Notes: generated by a model from the sequence alone, not told the origin. Shown: positions 1-12,740, numbered from the stretch's first letter. The stretch is DNA of 64,000 nt from Octopus sinensis (GCF_006345805.1 NC_043008.1:52824001-52888000), one strand, 5' to 3'. Made by a program: numbers and translations.

Positions 1-246
1 TTTGTTTTGGCATTTTGCATTTTGAGTTCAAATCCTGTTGTGGCCAATTTGGTGATAGATTTAATTTATCCCCTAGCTTAACACCAGTGCCACCACCTGG
101 TCACTGATTGTCCATAAGAGTTAACTCTGTTGCGAGCACTCAGGCCTGATCTCTAGTTTGAGGATATCTTCCTCCCGCCCAGTAATATCAACGGCCCTGA
201 AAAAGGACACCACTCCTGATTAGACAATACAAAAGAAATGCACAAT

Positions 247-612
247 CAGGCATGGCTGTGTGGTGAAAAATTTGCTTTCCAAAAGCATGGTTCCAAGTTC
301 AGTCCCACTACATGGCACCTTACTCAAGTGTCTTCTACTTTAGCCCCAGGCCAATCAAAATTTTCTGAGTGGATTTGGTAGATAGAAACTGAAAGAAGCC
401 CGTCATATGTGTGTGTGTGTGTGTCCTCCACTACTGCTTGACAACTAGTGTTGGTTTGTTTATATCCCCATTAACATAATAATTCATCAAAAGAGACCAA
501 GAAAATAAGTACAAAAAAGTACTGGTGTCGATTCATTTGACTAAAACCCTTCAAGGCAATGCCCCAGCATGGCCACAGTCCAGTTACTGAAACAAGTAAA
601 AGATAAAAGAAG
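247..612 (+). mobile_element. SINE family A (tRNA head, CORE-like ACCTTGGGCAAGTG middle, internal microsatellite, TGACTGAAACAAGTAAAA tail), diverged copy
   Basis: Colinear with the young copies at 9235, 11354 and 61028. Confidence 0.85.
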
Positions 613-1369
613 ATACACCATTATACTTCTTACATAAAACTCTTTAAGATTATATAAAAACAGAGTTTGTTAATAATACAACCACACACCAAATGATTTA
701 CTTTACGAATTTAGCTTAAAAGTAGATACTAAGTAACCGTTTAAATAGGTGAGAACTATTTAAAAATAAAGAAAACCTGTTCTAAAAATACATATAATTA
801 ACGTTATATTTTTAAATCTATACAATCCAGACGAATATAGTAAGGTGAGGCAGGCATTTAAAATTAAATTCTTTGATGAGAATTAAAGAAAGCAAGCAGG
901 ACACTTGCTATTGGTCACAATTAACGAAGGTAAACATGTCAGCTGTTTTAATCATGTTCTTCAGATGTGTTTTCTTAAGAGTTTGAAGATTTCTACATTT
1001 CCACTCTTTTTCTTTATTTTTTTTTTTCTGTGTTTGAATGTTTTATCTGCATTTTCTTTTTCACACCACATGGAGAAACATTTGAGTTATGCAAGAAGAT
1101 CAAATTCTAGAAAAATTTTGATTCTGAGGGTATATGTGGCCATACACATTTTCATGTGTGAGTGTGTGTGCACATGTTAGTATGGATGTGGATATCTTTA
1201 TATACCTTTTACTTGTTTCTGTCATTAGACTGCGGCTGTGCTGGGGCTAGGCTGGGACCATGCTGCAGCCTTGAAGAATTTTTAGTTGGATGAATCAACC
1301 CCAGTACTTATTTATTTAAGCCTGGTTCATTACACATATATATATAAGCTAATTGAATAAAATGATACG

Positions 1370-1690
1370 TGTGAGAGAGAGTGTATGTGTGTGTGAGAGA
1401 GAGAGTGTGTGTGTGTGAGAGAGAGTGTATGTGTGTGAGAGAGAGTGTATGTGTGTGAGAGAGAGAGAGAGAGAGAGAGTGTGTGTGTGTGTGAGAGAGA
1501 GAGAGAATGTGTGTGTGTGTGTGGTGAGAGAGAATGTGTGTGTGTGTGTGAGAGAGAATGTGTGTGTGTGTGTGAGAGAGAGAATGTGCATGTGTGTGAG
1601 AGAAAGAGTGTGTGTGTGTAAGTATGAGAGTGAGTTAGTGTGTGTTATGTGTGCATGTGCACACATGCGTGTGTGTGCATGTGTGTTTGT
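1370..1690. repeat. Compound (GT)n/(GA)n microsatellite
   Basis: Direct reading; it explains the ORFs at 1349-1694. Confidence 0.95.
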
Positions 1691-2534
1691 GTAAATTAAT
1701 AGTTGGATCTTTATAATCCATGCCCCACTTTAGTCATTAATGTGTAATGTGGGGGTAGCACTGCATCTCTTCCTATTCAACCATCACCATTATCCTATCA
1801 CTATCTCTCTCACTAATCCCCACTTTTCCTCCTCCACACTGTTTATCTTCCTCCATCATGATCCCTCTAAAATATACCTGTGTAACACCAATAAGAAATG
1901 TCTTGGACCCTGATGATCAGCCATACCAGCGGGGTATGGCAGATGGATTACCCACCCCATTATCATTTTTCCTCGTTACCCTCTCCATCATACTTATCCC
2001 TGACATTACTCTTCCCCTTTCCCTTTTCTTTTGTCTGTTACTCCTACCCCAACACTGTCCCCTTTGTTATGTTTCTCCAACTTGTCACAATAAGCCTGAT
2101 CTATCCATCAGCAGGAAGGATGGGGGCTTTCTTTCACGTAGCAAACTGCAAGGCAACTACAACAATGCTGGCGTCACAATAAAACCCAGTACACTTTACA
2201 ACTGATTAGTAATTAATTTGAGCAGCAACAAAGCAGGGCTTGAGAGGACTCTTTAGTCATGCTGACTGATGGCAAGGCAACATCTGTAGTGCTGGTGCCA
2301 TGAAAAATATTCACTCAATACGTATTTTAGTTTATGTTAGGAAGGCATCCAGCCATAGAAATCATACCAAAAATGAAGCATTGGGGCAAGACTTGGCCCT
2401 CTGTCCCACTGAATCCTGTCAAACTGTCCTATTCGTGCCAGCACAGAAAATGGGTATAAAATGATGAAAATAAGGATGATGAAGACAAAATATAATTACA
2501 CCAACAATTAGCAACAGCCTCTTAATTTAGAAAG

Positions 2535-2576
<42 letters not shown>

Positions 2577-2682
2577 ATAAAACGGTAAGATAACAAAAGA
2601 AAGAAAGAGACCTCAATATTATGTAAATAGAGGAAATTTCTCTATACAATATGTTACTCTTGACTACCGAGTAATGTAACAT

Positions 2683-2726
<44 letters not shown>

Positions 2727-4952
2727 CATTTATGTAACACAGATATCTAAACACCTGTGTATGCATGAGAGAGACAGAAATTAAATTTTTCAGGAGATTC
2801 ATTAGAACCAAAATTGCCTGTTGAAAACTGGCGATGCAAAAAAGCATGTTCCTTGGAAACAGATGCACAACTATAGGATTTTATTTAATTAACTGCCAAG
2901 AAGATAATGGCAATATCTTTCAGAATAAATATTCTCATTGATTCATCTTCAGCATTATTAAATTAACCGAGTGAATGAATGAATAAATGGAAAACTCGTT
3001 TTTCATTTACAATGTATTTTCCATAACAAACTATGGATCACCATTTTCACAGAAATTGTTTTCTATTTTATTCATGGTTTTATTGAAGAATTAATGTTCC
3101 ACAGCTGAGCGCTATTCTTGCTCCCTCTTAAACCCAAGCCCTTGCCCTGAAGCAACAGAAGTTAATTGGCCAAGAAAGACATTTCTGCCTTAAACTCATA
3201 GATAAGCATAAGGCTTTCTGCTCAACCGACTGCAGTGGCTTAAGCATGCAATATGAATGAACAAGAAACACTTTGAATGTTAAGAATCAAGATCTCTAAA
3301 ACTTGCATAGAATATTAAAGGAAAAAGTTTAACATATTTGACGATTTTGACTGTTGTTCAGGCCCAGATCATCTTTGATAAAGAAAAGCCATGATAAACT
3401 TAATCTGTCTCAGTTTAACACCACTACCTTGCCCTTCAGTGCTTTTAGCAGAGTTCATTATTATTGTAGTTTACATAGAAGGCAAACTACATTTGTCACA
3501 TCAATGGTTCTGGCCAATTAGCCTTGATCAAATATGAGGGTCAATGTAATTGACAAGACCCCTCCCTGAAAATTTCAGGCCTTGTATCAATAGTAGAAAT
3601 AATTATTATTATTATTATTATCATGTTCTATTTGCTGTAATTTCTGTGTCATAGATAACTAGGTAACTTTAATTAAAAATAAAAGTACATACAATTAAAA
3701 AACAGTATTTCTGGCTCACTTTTGTTACATCATCATGGTAGTAATTATTCATTTACATTTCTTAAACTTCAATTGTCTTGAGTCATTTTGACTCAGGCAC
3801 TTGAAAATAGAGGCTTTGCTATGATGCATCAAGTGCAAAAAGTAATAAGTTGGGCATGGTTGTCACAAAATGCAATTTCTTTTGATCTTGTTTAGTAACG
3901 GAATATCTCACATTGACATGCATCTTGTTTTATGCCAATATATTTATACATGTTCTAATATTATATGTGATGACCACTGTGTCTCTTCCATTACTCCCTC
4001 ACCAACCATCCTCTCACTTCTATCACTGTTTTCCCTCTGTCATACTTACACCCTTACTTTCACTCTCTTGATCAACTCTTTCTCTCTCAGTCATATCTGC
4101 CTGGAAATAATGGCAATAACATAGATAAGATCATTTAGTCTTGTAGAAGTCAAGGCAATTTCTAATGTTGTCACAATAGAATACACCTAGTACTCTCTGT
4201 GGGAGGATGAGAGGACTGGTGAATGGAGACAATATTAGGTAGTACAGACTCTTTAGTCTTGTCAAGGACATAACAGCCCCTCTTATACTGATACTACAAT
4301 AAAATGTACCCAGTATACTCTGTAACATTGTTAGTATCAGGAAGGGTATCCAGTTGTATAAACCAAGCCAAAACGAATGAGCTAGATTTGGCCCTCTAGC
4401 TTATCTAGGAAAGCAGTAACAATCCAAAACCTGATCTGGATTGCAACAGTCCACCCAACTTATTTATATACCTGCATGAAAATTAGAAATGAAATGATAC
4501 TGATAATGAAGAGAAGGAAGGAGGAAGAGGAGACCAAAAGAGAAAGGAAGAAAGGAAGAGGAGTGTGAAGAGGGAAAAGGAAAGGAAGGGGATGTCCACA
4601 TTCCATCACACATACACATTGCTGATTTCAATATTTCAGTTTGTGAAGCTTCAAATTTTGCACTGATTTTGATAAGGGGTTTCCACCTACAGATGTTGCC
4701 ATGCTTACCAAGTGACAGAGCTGCAAGGCTTAGCAGGTCATCAACTTACACACATATTTTATGACCCAAATATTGTAATAAAACATAATTATAGGAAAAC
4801 AAATGATATCTGGATATTGGACTTTATAATGAATTATCAATTATTTTATTAAAACTATTAGTTTGTGAAAATAATTATGAAAAAAAAAATGGTGAGTGAA
4901 AATACTTCTAATTCACAGAAACTAGTGGAAAACTGCCGTGTGTGTGTGTATG

Positions 4953-4990
<38 letters not shown>

Positions 4991-6084
4991 TTGTACCTAG
5001 AAAATATCTAAAGATTTTTTTATAGAGTGAGCTTATAAGTCGCACCTGCAACTTTAGGTGAAAATTTCAGAGTAAACAGTGTGACTTATAGCCAAGTATA
5101 TACAGTAGTGAGGTCAATTTGTTCAACTAAAATGCTTCAAGGTGATGCCCCAGCATGGCTGAAACAAGTAAAGGATGTGTGTGTGTGTATTAGAGATATT
5201 TAGTGCATTTAGATATAAAATTTCCTTTTCACATTCATGATTTCAGATAAGTAATCAATGTATGTTAATGCCAACTGTCAAATGCATTAAAAAATCTCTG
5301 TGCCAAGCCTAAATGACCTCCACTTAGAGCTTTCTCTCATACAGAACAGACAAAAATGAATTTATATTTCCACTCTAAGAAACAAACAACATAAATAAAT
5401 AAATAAATAATCTCGAAATTCTGGTTTCATATGAAAACTGAAAAATTAATGTTTATGTACATATGTAGCATATACATACATAATGTATGAACATTTGTAT
5501 CTATATTAGTATATATATATCACTACATACAACCTATAAATGCATGCATGCAACCATACACAAGCATGAAGTGCACTCAGTAAACTTCAAATTAAGATAA
5601 GAACCTAAAATATATAAATGCTGTTCTTGTTTTAAGAATTTACTGTCCTTGTCTGTATATTGAAAACAATTTTATATAATGGAGATGTTGTGGAAAAAGT
5701 TGTGTGTGCAAGTATGTTTGTTTAAGCATAGCTGAATGGTTCACAAGTTTCTTCCACAATCATGAGAACACAAGTTTGATCATACTGCACAGAACTTCAG
5801 AAAAGTGTTCTCAAACCATAACCTCAGCTCAAATCTACCAAAATCTTCTGAGTGCAATTAGGTAAATGGATAATTGTGAGGAACACTATCACATGGACAG
5901 GTTTTCTTTTTCCTTCATTTACTAGTTTCTGTCATTGGACTGTAGCCAAGATGGAGGACTTCTTTCAAGGGTTTTTCTTTCCCCACCACTTTTAGATCAT
6001 ATAAACCCCTAATACTTATTTCAGTCTGCTATAACTATATATTTTATCAATTCCATTACTAAGATCCTTAAAAGTTGTGTCATA

Positions 6085-6278
6085 AACAAAAGCTTCACTA
6101 TAATTCGCATTAATCAGAGCAGTGTCCTCACCTTGGTTGTTGCTTTCACTACGTTTCAGCTCCAGCCTTCTTCAGGTATCTTGTGAGTCACCACAGTGCT
6201 TTACCTGAGATTGAACTCAGAACGTCTATGTGACTACACTGCATTTACTAGCACCTTTATCCACTATGCTATGCCCAT
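6085..6278 (-). mobile_element. tRNA-headed SINE-like element with a hammerhead-ribozyme-like body (copy 1)
   Basis: Minus strand: A box TAGCATAGTGG (6261-6271) and B-box-like GAGTTCAATCTC (6207-6218), then GATAC-CTGAAGA-A-GGC-TGGA-GCT-GAAA-CGTA-GTG, then AACAACCAAGGTGAGGACA, which resembles the tail of copy 2. Confidence 0.65.
6145..6180 (-). ncRNA. Putative minimal type I hammerhead ribozyme (core intact, stems weak)
   Basis: CUGAAGA and GAAA cores are present, with a GUA cleavage triplet, a 3-bp stem II with a UGGA loop, a 3-bp stem I and a loopless AC/GU stem III. Confidence 0.55.
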
Positions 6279-6321
6279 AGGCAGTTTCAGAGTGAATTTT
6301 TAAGGTGGTGGTTCCACATAA

Positions 6322-6545
6322 TAGCACCTGTGCTGGCGCCACATAACAGCACCCAAACCAGTGCCACATAAAAAGCACCCAGCACACTCTGTAAAGTGGT
6401 TGGCATTAGAAAGGGTATCTAACAGCAGAAACCAAGTCAAATCAGGCAGAAACCTGGGGCAGCTCTCCTACTTGCCAGCTTTGACCAAACTGTCCAACCC
6501 ATGCCAGCATGGAAAATGAATGTTGAAGGATGATAATGATGATGA
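6322..6545 (+). mobile_element. SINE family C, diverged copy with (GAT)n tail
   Basis: AAAAGCACCC...TTGGCATTAGAAAGGGTATC...CCAACCCATGCCAGCATGGAAA...GATGAT. Confidence 0.75.
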
Positions 6546-7314
6546 ATATGAGTGCAATACCCTAACAGCTAGGTTATGTGCTTTAGACAGAAAAAAGCCA
6601 CTTTTTTTTTTAAGAATGCTGGGATAGTGTAACTTAAAGGAGATTTGGCTTTTATTTCTAACAGGTCAATCTATGTAGAGAGAATCTCTTATCCTTTCAT
6701 GTTATTTAGTGATGCTCCAATGGAAAGAAAAACATTATAAAGTATACTATTATCAGTAAATTAACTGAACAAGTGCCGAGATACATATGCAATTTATTGT
6801 TACCTTGCATGCAAGAGTGTCTTTTTACAATGATACATTGAAACTTGATCATCTACAATCACATCTGGAAATTTGTATTCATTTATATTATATGTAGACA
6901 GGCAATACTGTCGTGTCTGCTAATTTCTTATATACACTCAAACAGTAATTTAATACTAATAGCTTGCTAATATTGCATAATGTTTAATTCTACAAAATTA
7001 GACAGCGTTTGTTTTTACAAATAAATTCCACATGGTCAAGATACACATATTAACTCAATACAATAACTTTTATTTTTTGATATTAAAAATGCAGTCTTGA
7101 ATAACTTTTGTATTGAAATGTTGGAAAAATGAAGTGTTTGTGTGATGTTCAACTCTTTCTCAATTATATTTGCAAACTTGGGTGACAAATGTTTGCAGCA
7201 GATGTGGCCTGCCTAGATTCTGATAGTATCATATAAATAAGTATAATCAATGCCAACTGTATTTCACAAATCTATCACACATCAAGAAATTTGTAAATTC
7301 CTCAACAGCTAGGC

Positions 7315-7700
7315 ACAGGCTTGGCTGTGTAGTAAGAAGCTTGGCTCCCAACCACATGGCTTTGAGTTCAGCCCCACTGTATGGCACCTTATGCAAATGT
7401 CTTCAGCTATAGCCCCAGGCTGAACAAGGCCTTGTGAGTGGATTTGATAGACAGAAACTAAAAGAAGCTTGTAGTAGCTAAATATTGTGTACCTTTGTAT
7501 TTGTCCGCTACAACGCTTAATAATCAGTGTGACTTTGTTTACATCTCTGTAACTTAGTGGTTTGGCAAAAAGAGACCTATAGAATAAGTGCCAGGCTTTA
7601 CAAAGAAAATGGTGTGGGGTCAATTTGTTCAACTAAACTCTTCCAGGCAGTACCTCAGCATGTCCACAGTCCAATAACTGAAACAAGTAAAAGGCTGAAA
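7315..7700 (+). mobile_element. SINE family A, full-length diverged copy
   Basis: Head, CORE-like middle and tail all present. Confidence 0.85.
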
Positions 7701-8230
7701 GAAAAAAGGTAACTAAGTAAATATACCAAAACTAAAATTTGTTCCTTTGGAAAAGACAGCTGCGTAAGGTATTTATTCAATCTACACCTTGCTCTGACTC
7801 TGGCCCTTCTTCCCCCAAAATTTCAACCCATTGTGATTCCTTCCCTGCAGAGTGTTATGACTTTGTCTAAGTAGAATAAATGAATGAGGAAAATTGACCT
7901 CAAATATACCAATTATCATTCACTGTTTTCTTTATGTCCACTTTTCTATGTTTGCATAGATTTTATGGGGTTTACTGAGGCAGATTTTCTACAGCCTGAT
8001 GCCCTTGTCACCAACCCTTACCTGTTTCCATGTAAAGCTATATATTACACACACACACACAGTGGGCTTTCATACAGCTTCCATTTACCGCATTCACTCA
8101 CAAGACATTGGTCAGTCAGGGGCTATAATAGAAGAAACTTGCCCAAGATGCCACAGAGTGGACTGAACCCAAAACCACATGGTTTCAAAGCAATCTTCTT
8201 AATTACATAGTCAAGCCTGCAACCGTAAGG

Positions 8231-8600
8231 GAAAAACAACAACACCGTGGTGATATCATTCTTGCTCACATCATAAGCGGAAAGTGTAACCTCTCGAAAG
8301 AGCTGTTCTTCACTCCTGCTCCAGAACGTCGGCTGCGGGGTCACTCCGAAAAGATCTATCTACGACGATTTCATCTCAATCGAAGGAGAGGGGCTTTCTC
8401 CGTCCGGGTTGCGGATCCGTGGAATAAGCTGCCAGACGAGATAGTGAAGATGGCGACGACCGCTCGGTTCAAAGTCTCTCTTGACCAGAAATGGCCTGAA
8501 CTCTTTGTATGAACACCCTCCCTGTACATAACTCCATGTACCCCTACATGGCCTTGCTTTTTTGCTTTTTGAGCCAAAAAATTAACTTAACTTAAATAAA
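8231..8600 (+). mobile_element. 5'-truncated CR1-type LINE (ORF2 C-terminus plus 3' UTR)
   Basis: 8231-8512 reads EKQQHRGDIILAHIISGKCNLSKELFFTPAPERRLRGHSEKIYLRRFHLNRRRGAFSVRVADPWNKLPDEIVKMATTARFKVSLDQKWPELFV*. This matches the CR1 RGD...RGH...FSxRVxxxWNxLP tail. It ends in TTAAC repeats. Confidence 0.85.
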
Positions 8601-9234
8601 TATTGAATTGACACAAACAACGAAGATGTTGACGAAGGAAGAGAGGACAAAGGACAACACTGTATCCAATATTTATTTCCATTTCTCCTTAATTTTTCTT
8701 TATATTCTTATATGCCTAATCATTTTTTTCATGTTTTACTTCATTTGAATGGCCATCTTTCATAAGAGTATTTACATCATCTCATTTCTGTTGAAGTAAT
8801 CACTGACTTGGAATCAAGAGAAGTCTGTCTATCAGAGAGAGAGTGTGTGTCTGTGCACACACGTGCTCATGTGTGTTTGTTTATGAGCATGTTGATTATT
8901 TTTTTTCAAGTGTATGTTAGATAGCCAGTGTCCATTATAAAAAGTTGGAGTTGTTACATCTGAGTAAAGAAAACGTTTTATCTACCATGTATTTTAATTA
9001 TTTCAATATATGATGGGTAATCAAAACCCAAGAGAAACTAATAAATTTTATTTAATTTAATTAACATGAAATAATAAACAACTCACAGGCTTTCAAACAA
9101 AATATCTTACAGAGAACATTTATAAATTCAAAGTGTCAGGCAGGCAATACACACACACAACACACACAGAATATCACTATTTTTTTTTTGTTGTTTATAT
9201 TTTTTGAAAATAAAAAATCTAAACATATATATAA

Positions 9235-9640
9235 GTAGGAGTGGCTGTGTTGTAAGTAGCTTGCTTACGAACCACATGGTTCCGGGTTCAGTCCCACTAC
9301 ATGGCACCTTGGGCAAGTGTCTTCTACTATAGCCTGGGGCCGACCAAAGCCTTGTGAGTGGATTTGGTAGACGGAAGCTGAAAGAAGCCCGTCGTATATA
9401 TGTATATATGTATGTGTGTGTGTATATGTTTGTGTGTCTGTGTTTATCCCCCTAACATCGCTTGACAACCGATGCTGGTGTGTTTACATCCCCCGTAACT
9501 TAGCGGTTCGGCAAAAGAAACCAATAGAATAAGTACTAGGCTTACAAAGAATAAGTCCTGGGGTCAATTTGCTCGACTAAAGGCGGTGCTCCAGTATGGC
9601 CACAGTTAAGTGACTGAAACAAGTAAAATAGTAAAATAGT
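9235..9640 (+). mobile_element. SINE family A, young full-length copy, followed by a second partial head (9645-9748)
   Basis: Very similar to the copies at 11354-11760 and 61028-61420. Confidence 0.92.
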
Positions 9641-9993
9641 ATACGTAGGAGTGGCTGTGTGGTAAGTAGCTTGCTTACCAACCACATGGCCCCAGGTTCA
9701 GTCCCACTGCATGGCACCTTGGGCAAGAGACTTCTGCTATAGCCTCAGCATTCAACAAGGGCCAATTAAGGAATCCTACAGATCCAAGATTACCCTGACC
9801 AGCAAAGGCATGAGCCAAGAAAAGGAAATGAGAAAAATATGAAAGCTGGGTTAAAAAAAGTGGGGAGGAAGACTATGAAGGCACCCACAGATTTATTTAC
9901 CTTTTCCCCCTTTATGTCTATCCCCTGCTCTGCTACAGCTGGCATTGAAGGCAACTTGAAATGCTAAAACAAGGATTCTTTCAGCTGGCAGCA

Positions 9994-9994
<1 letters not shown>

Positions 9995-10027
<33 letters not shown>

Positions 10028-10056
10028 GGCACAGGTACACACACACACACACACAC

Positions 10057-10090
<34 letters not shown>
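9995..10090. repeat. (CA)n microsatellite
   Basis: Direct reading. Confidence 0.95.
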
Positions 10091-10092
<2 letters not shown>

Positions 10093-10379
10093 GATAAACA
10101 TGACAAATGAACAAAAATACATAAAAACAAAACAAAAATCAAAAACAAATAAGTTATCAAAAAAACCCACCCCAACCCAACCCTACCCTTATCTCATCCC
10201 CCCACCAGCTACACTTCCTCTCTAGACTGGGATGTGTGTGCGGGGGGGAGGGGGACAGAAGCAAGTGTTTTTGTTTTGTTTTGTTTTGTTTTAGTTCCTT
10301 TTCTTATTTTATAAAGGAATGGTATAAAGGAAGAGGTATCTCAATCTATCATAGCTATCACAGCAGACAGTCTACCATC

Positions 10380-10690
10380 ATCCTGCCACCATCACTACCG
10401 AGGTGAAGGTAGGGAGCAGAGGTCTTCACTACACTACAACCATCACCACCACCATAACATAACTACCGATAACACTGTCTTCACCACCCTATAACCACTA
10501 CTACTACTGCAACTACCTCCACCATCATCAATCACTGCGAACACCACACCACCATTGCTACTACCACCCACACCCTTACTACTACCACCACCACCACCAC
10601 TGTCTCCACCACACTGTAACCTCTTGTCACTACCATCTCCATCAATCTACAACTACCAACACCACTACACTCACTATTCTACAATCACCA
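10380..10690. repeat. Degenerate (ACC/ACT)n low-complexity tract
   Basis: Direct reading. Confidence 0.8.
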
Positions 10691-11353
10691 CCACTAGTCT
10701 TTTAAATAAGGAAAGGACACATTACATAATATAGTCCTACAAATTTCATCAAAGATGGGATGGTCATGGTAGGAATGCCTTTGATCGTAGGTCTGTTCAA
10801 TCAACATTAACCTGTGGTGAAAGAGCAACAACCATTATTCTCATGCTGCAACTATCAAACCTGCTGTCATACACCACAAACCCTACCATCCATCCATCCA
10901 TCCTCTCTTCACTACCACATTCCACCATCACCACAACTCCACCACCACCATTACCAATACCATTACATCAAACACACACACACACACACATACATACATA
11001 CACACGCCTTCATCTACACTTCTCCCCCCCCCCATCATATTCACTACTTGCATTCATTGATGCTATAGTAATATGCAAGATGCAAAGAGGATGCATTCCT
11101 GTGCAGCGAGAGGAAATATTTTTACAACAAACAACTGATGTTTCTTGTGTTATCCGTCTCTGCTTTATTGATCAATCAATGGAAACGAGATGACTCAGTT
11201 GGCATTCCCCGACGAACCTCTGAGATGATGCTGGTGGTGGTGGTGGTGGTGGTGATGGAGTAGAAAGTGGTTAGATGGAGTGGTAGCAAACAGTGGCTGA
11301 AGTTGACTGGAATGCAGAGGAGTTGTGCAGAGTGAAGTGGCTTACACTGGACG

Positions 11354-11760
11354 TTACTCTTACTCTTTACTCTTTTACTTGTTTCAGTCATTTGACTGCG
11401 GCCATGCTGGAGCACCACCTTTAATCGAGCAACTCGACCCCGGGACTTATTCTTTTGTAAGCCCAGTACTTATTTTATCGGTCTCTTTTGCCGAACCGCT
11501 AAGTAACGGGGACATAAACACACCAGCATCGGTTGTCAAGCAATGCTAGGGGGACAAATACAGACACACAAACACACACACGCATATATATATATACATA
11601 TATACGACAGGCTTCTTTCAGTTTCCGTCTACCAAATCCACTCACAAGGCTTTGGTCGGCTCGAGGCTATAGTAGAAGACACTTGCCCAAGGTGCCACAC
11701 AGTGGGACTGAACCCGGAACCATGTGGTTGGTAAACAAGCTACTTACCACACAGCCACTC
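11354..11760 (-). mobile_element. SINE family A, young full-length copy with (AGAGTAA)n tail
   Basis: Reverse complement is nearly identical to 61028-61420. Confidence 0.92.
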
Positions 11761-12005
11761 AGCTGCATTCCAATATAAAATATTTTCGATTAAGACTCAT
11801 GTCTGAAAGAATTTTCTCTATTTGACATTTTGACTGCGTCTATTATCACACACCCTCACCGCTGTCACCAGCTACCTTGTTACATGTAAAAACTCCAAAT
11901 GAGTTGAGATTATGACCCTGTTTCAATTTAGAGTTTGTCAATATTTTAATTTTCTTATGAGGTGCTTCCTTAACTCTTTCGTTACCATATTTAAATTTTC
12001 TAGGT

Positions 12006-12388
12006 GCAGGTGTGGCTCTGTGGTAAGAAGCTTGCTTGCCAACCACATGGTTCTGGGTTCAGTCCCACTGCATGGCAGCTGAGGTAAGTTTCTTTCACTA
12101 TAGCCTCAGCTGAACAAAGCCTTGTGAGTGGATTTGATAGACGGAAACTAAAAGAAGCCCATCATATATATATATATATATGAATGTATGTATATGTTTG
12201 TGTGTCTGTGTTTATCTCCCACCACCACCATCATTTGACAACCAATGCTGGTGTATTTACGTTCCTGTAACTTAGCGGTTCGGCTAAAGAGACTGATAGA
12301 ATAAGTCCTGGGGTTAATTTGTTTGAATAAAAGCAATGCTCTAGCATGACCGCAGTCAAATGATTAAAACAAAAAAGAATAAAGAATA
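12006..12388 (+). mobile_element. SINE family A, inserted in a second TTAA-CCCTTT-type MITE-like fragment (11969-12470)
   Basis: Family A head and tail. The flanks TTAACTCTTTCGTTACCATATTT and TTGTTGAAATACCCTGCATTTGTTGCAATTAATT resemble 15561-15640. Confidence 0.8.
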
Positions 12389-12479
12389 TTTTTGTTGAAA
12401 TACCCTGCATTTGTTGCAATTAATTAAGAGTTTAGTATGATAATTGTATCATTATTAATCTGATTTTAAGGGTATAAAT

Positions 12480-12740
12480 TGCAAAATTTTCATTATTTAC
12501 ATTCAACGGATAAATTTGTCCTCATTTTGTTTGTTGTTAACACAATGTTTTGGCTGATATACCCTCCAGCCTTATTCAGGTGTCTTGGGGAAATTTTGAA
12601 CCGGGGGTTCTCATTTCTAAGGTATTTTTCGATATTATTATTAGTATTATTATTATTACTATTATTCAGGTCACTGCCTGGAATCAAACTCAGAATGTTG
12701 GAGTTAGTAGCCTGCGCTCTTAACCACTCTCATTCCAGCT
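12480..12740 (-). mobile_element. tRNA-headed SINE-like element with a hammerhead-ribozyme-like body (copy 2)
   Basis: Minus strand: A-box-like TGAGAGTGG and B-box-like GAGTTTGATTCC (12680-12691), an (AAT)n spacer, then GACAC-CTGAATA-A-GGCTG-GAGGGTATAT-CAGCC-AAAA-CATT-GTGTT, then AACAAACAAAATGAGGACA. Confidence 0.65.
12539..12584 (-). ncRNA. Decayed minimal hammerhead ribozyme (stems intact, core mutated)
   Basis: 5-bp stem I (GACAC/GTGTT) and 5-bp stem II (GGCTG/CAGCC) are retained. The core reads CTGAATA instead of CTGANGA, and AAAA instead of GAAA. Confidence 0.5.

Noticed and set aside
1858-2205. 115-aa and 94-aa overlapping ORFs
   Set aside because: They span pyrimidine-rich low-complexity sequence and run into a decayed SINE-C-like repeat; no domain is recognisable.
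3105-3193. Possible terminal exon after TTCCACAG
   Set aside because: It gives a 29-aa peptide with no recognisable similarity and a weak pyrimidine tract. The nearby CCCAAGCCC lacks the rest of a twister ribozyme.
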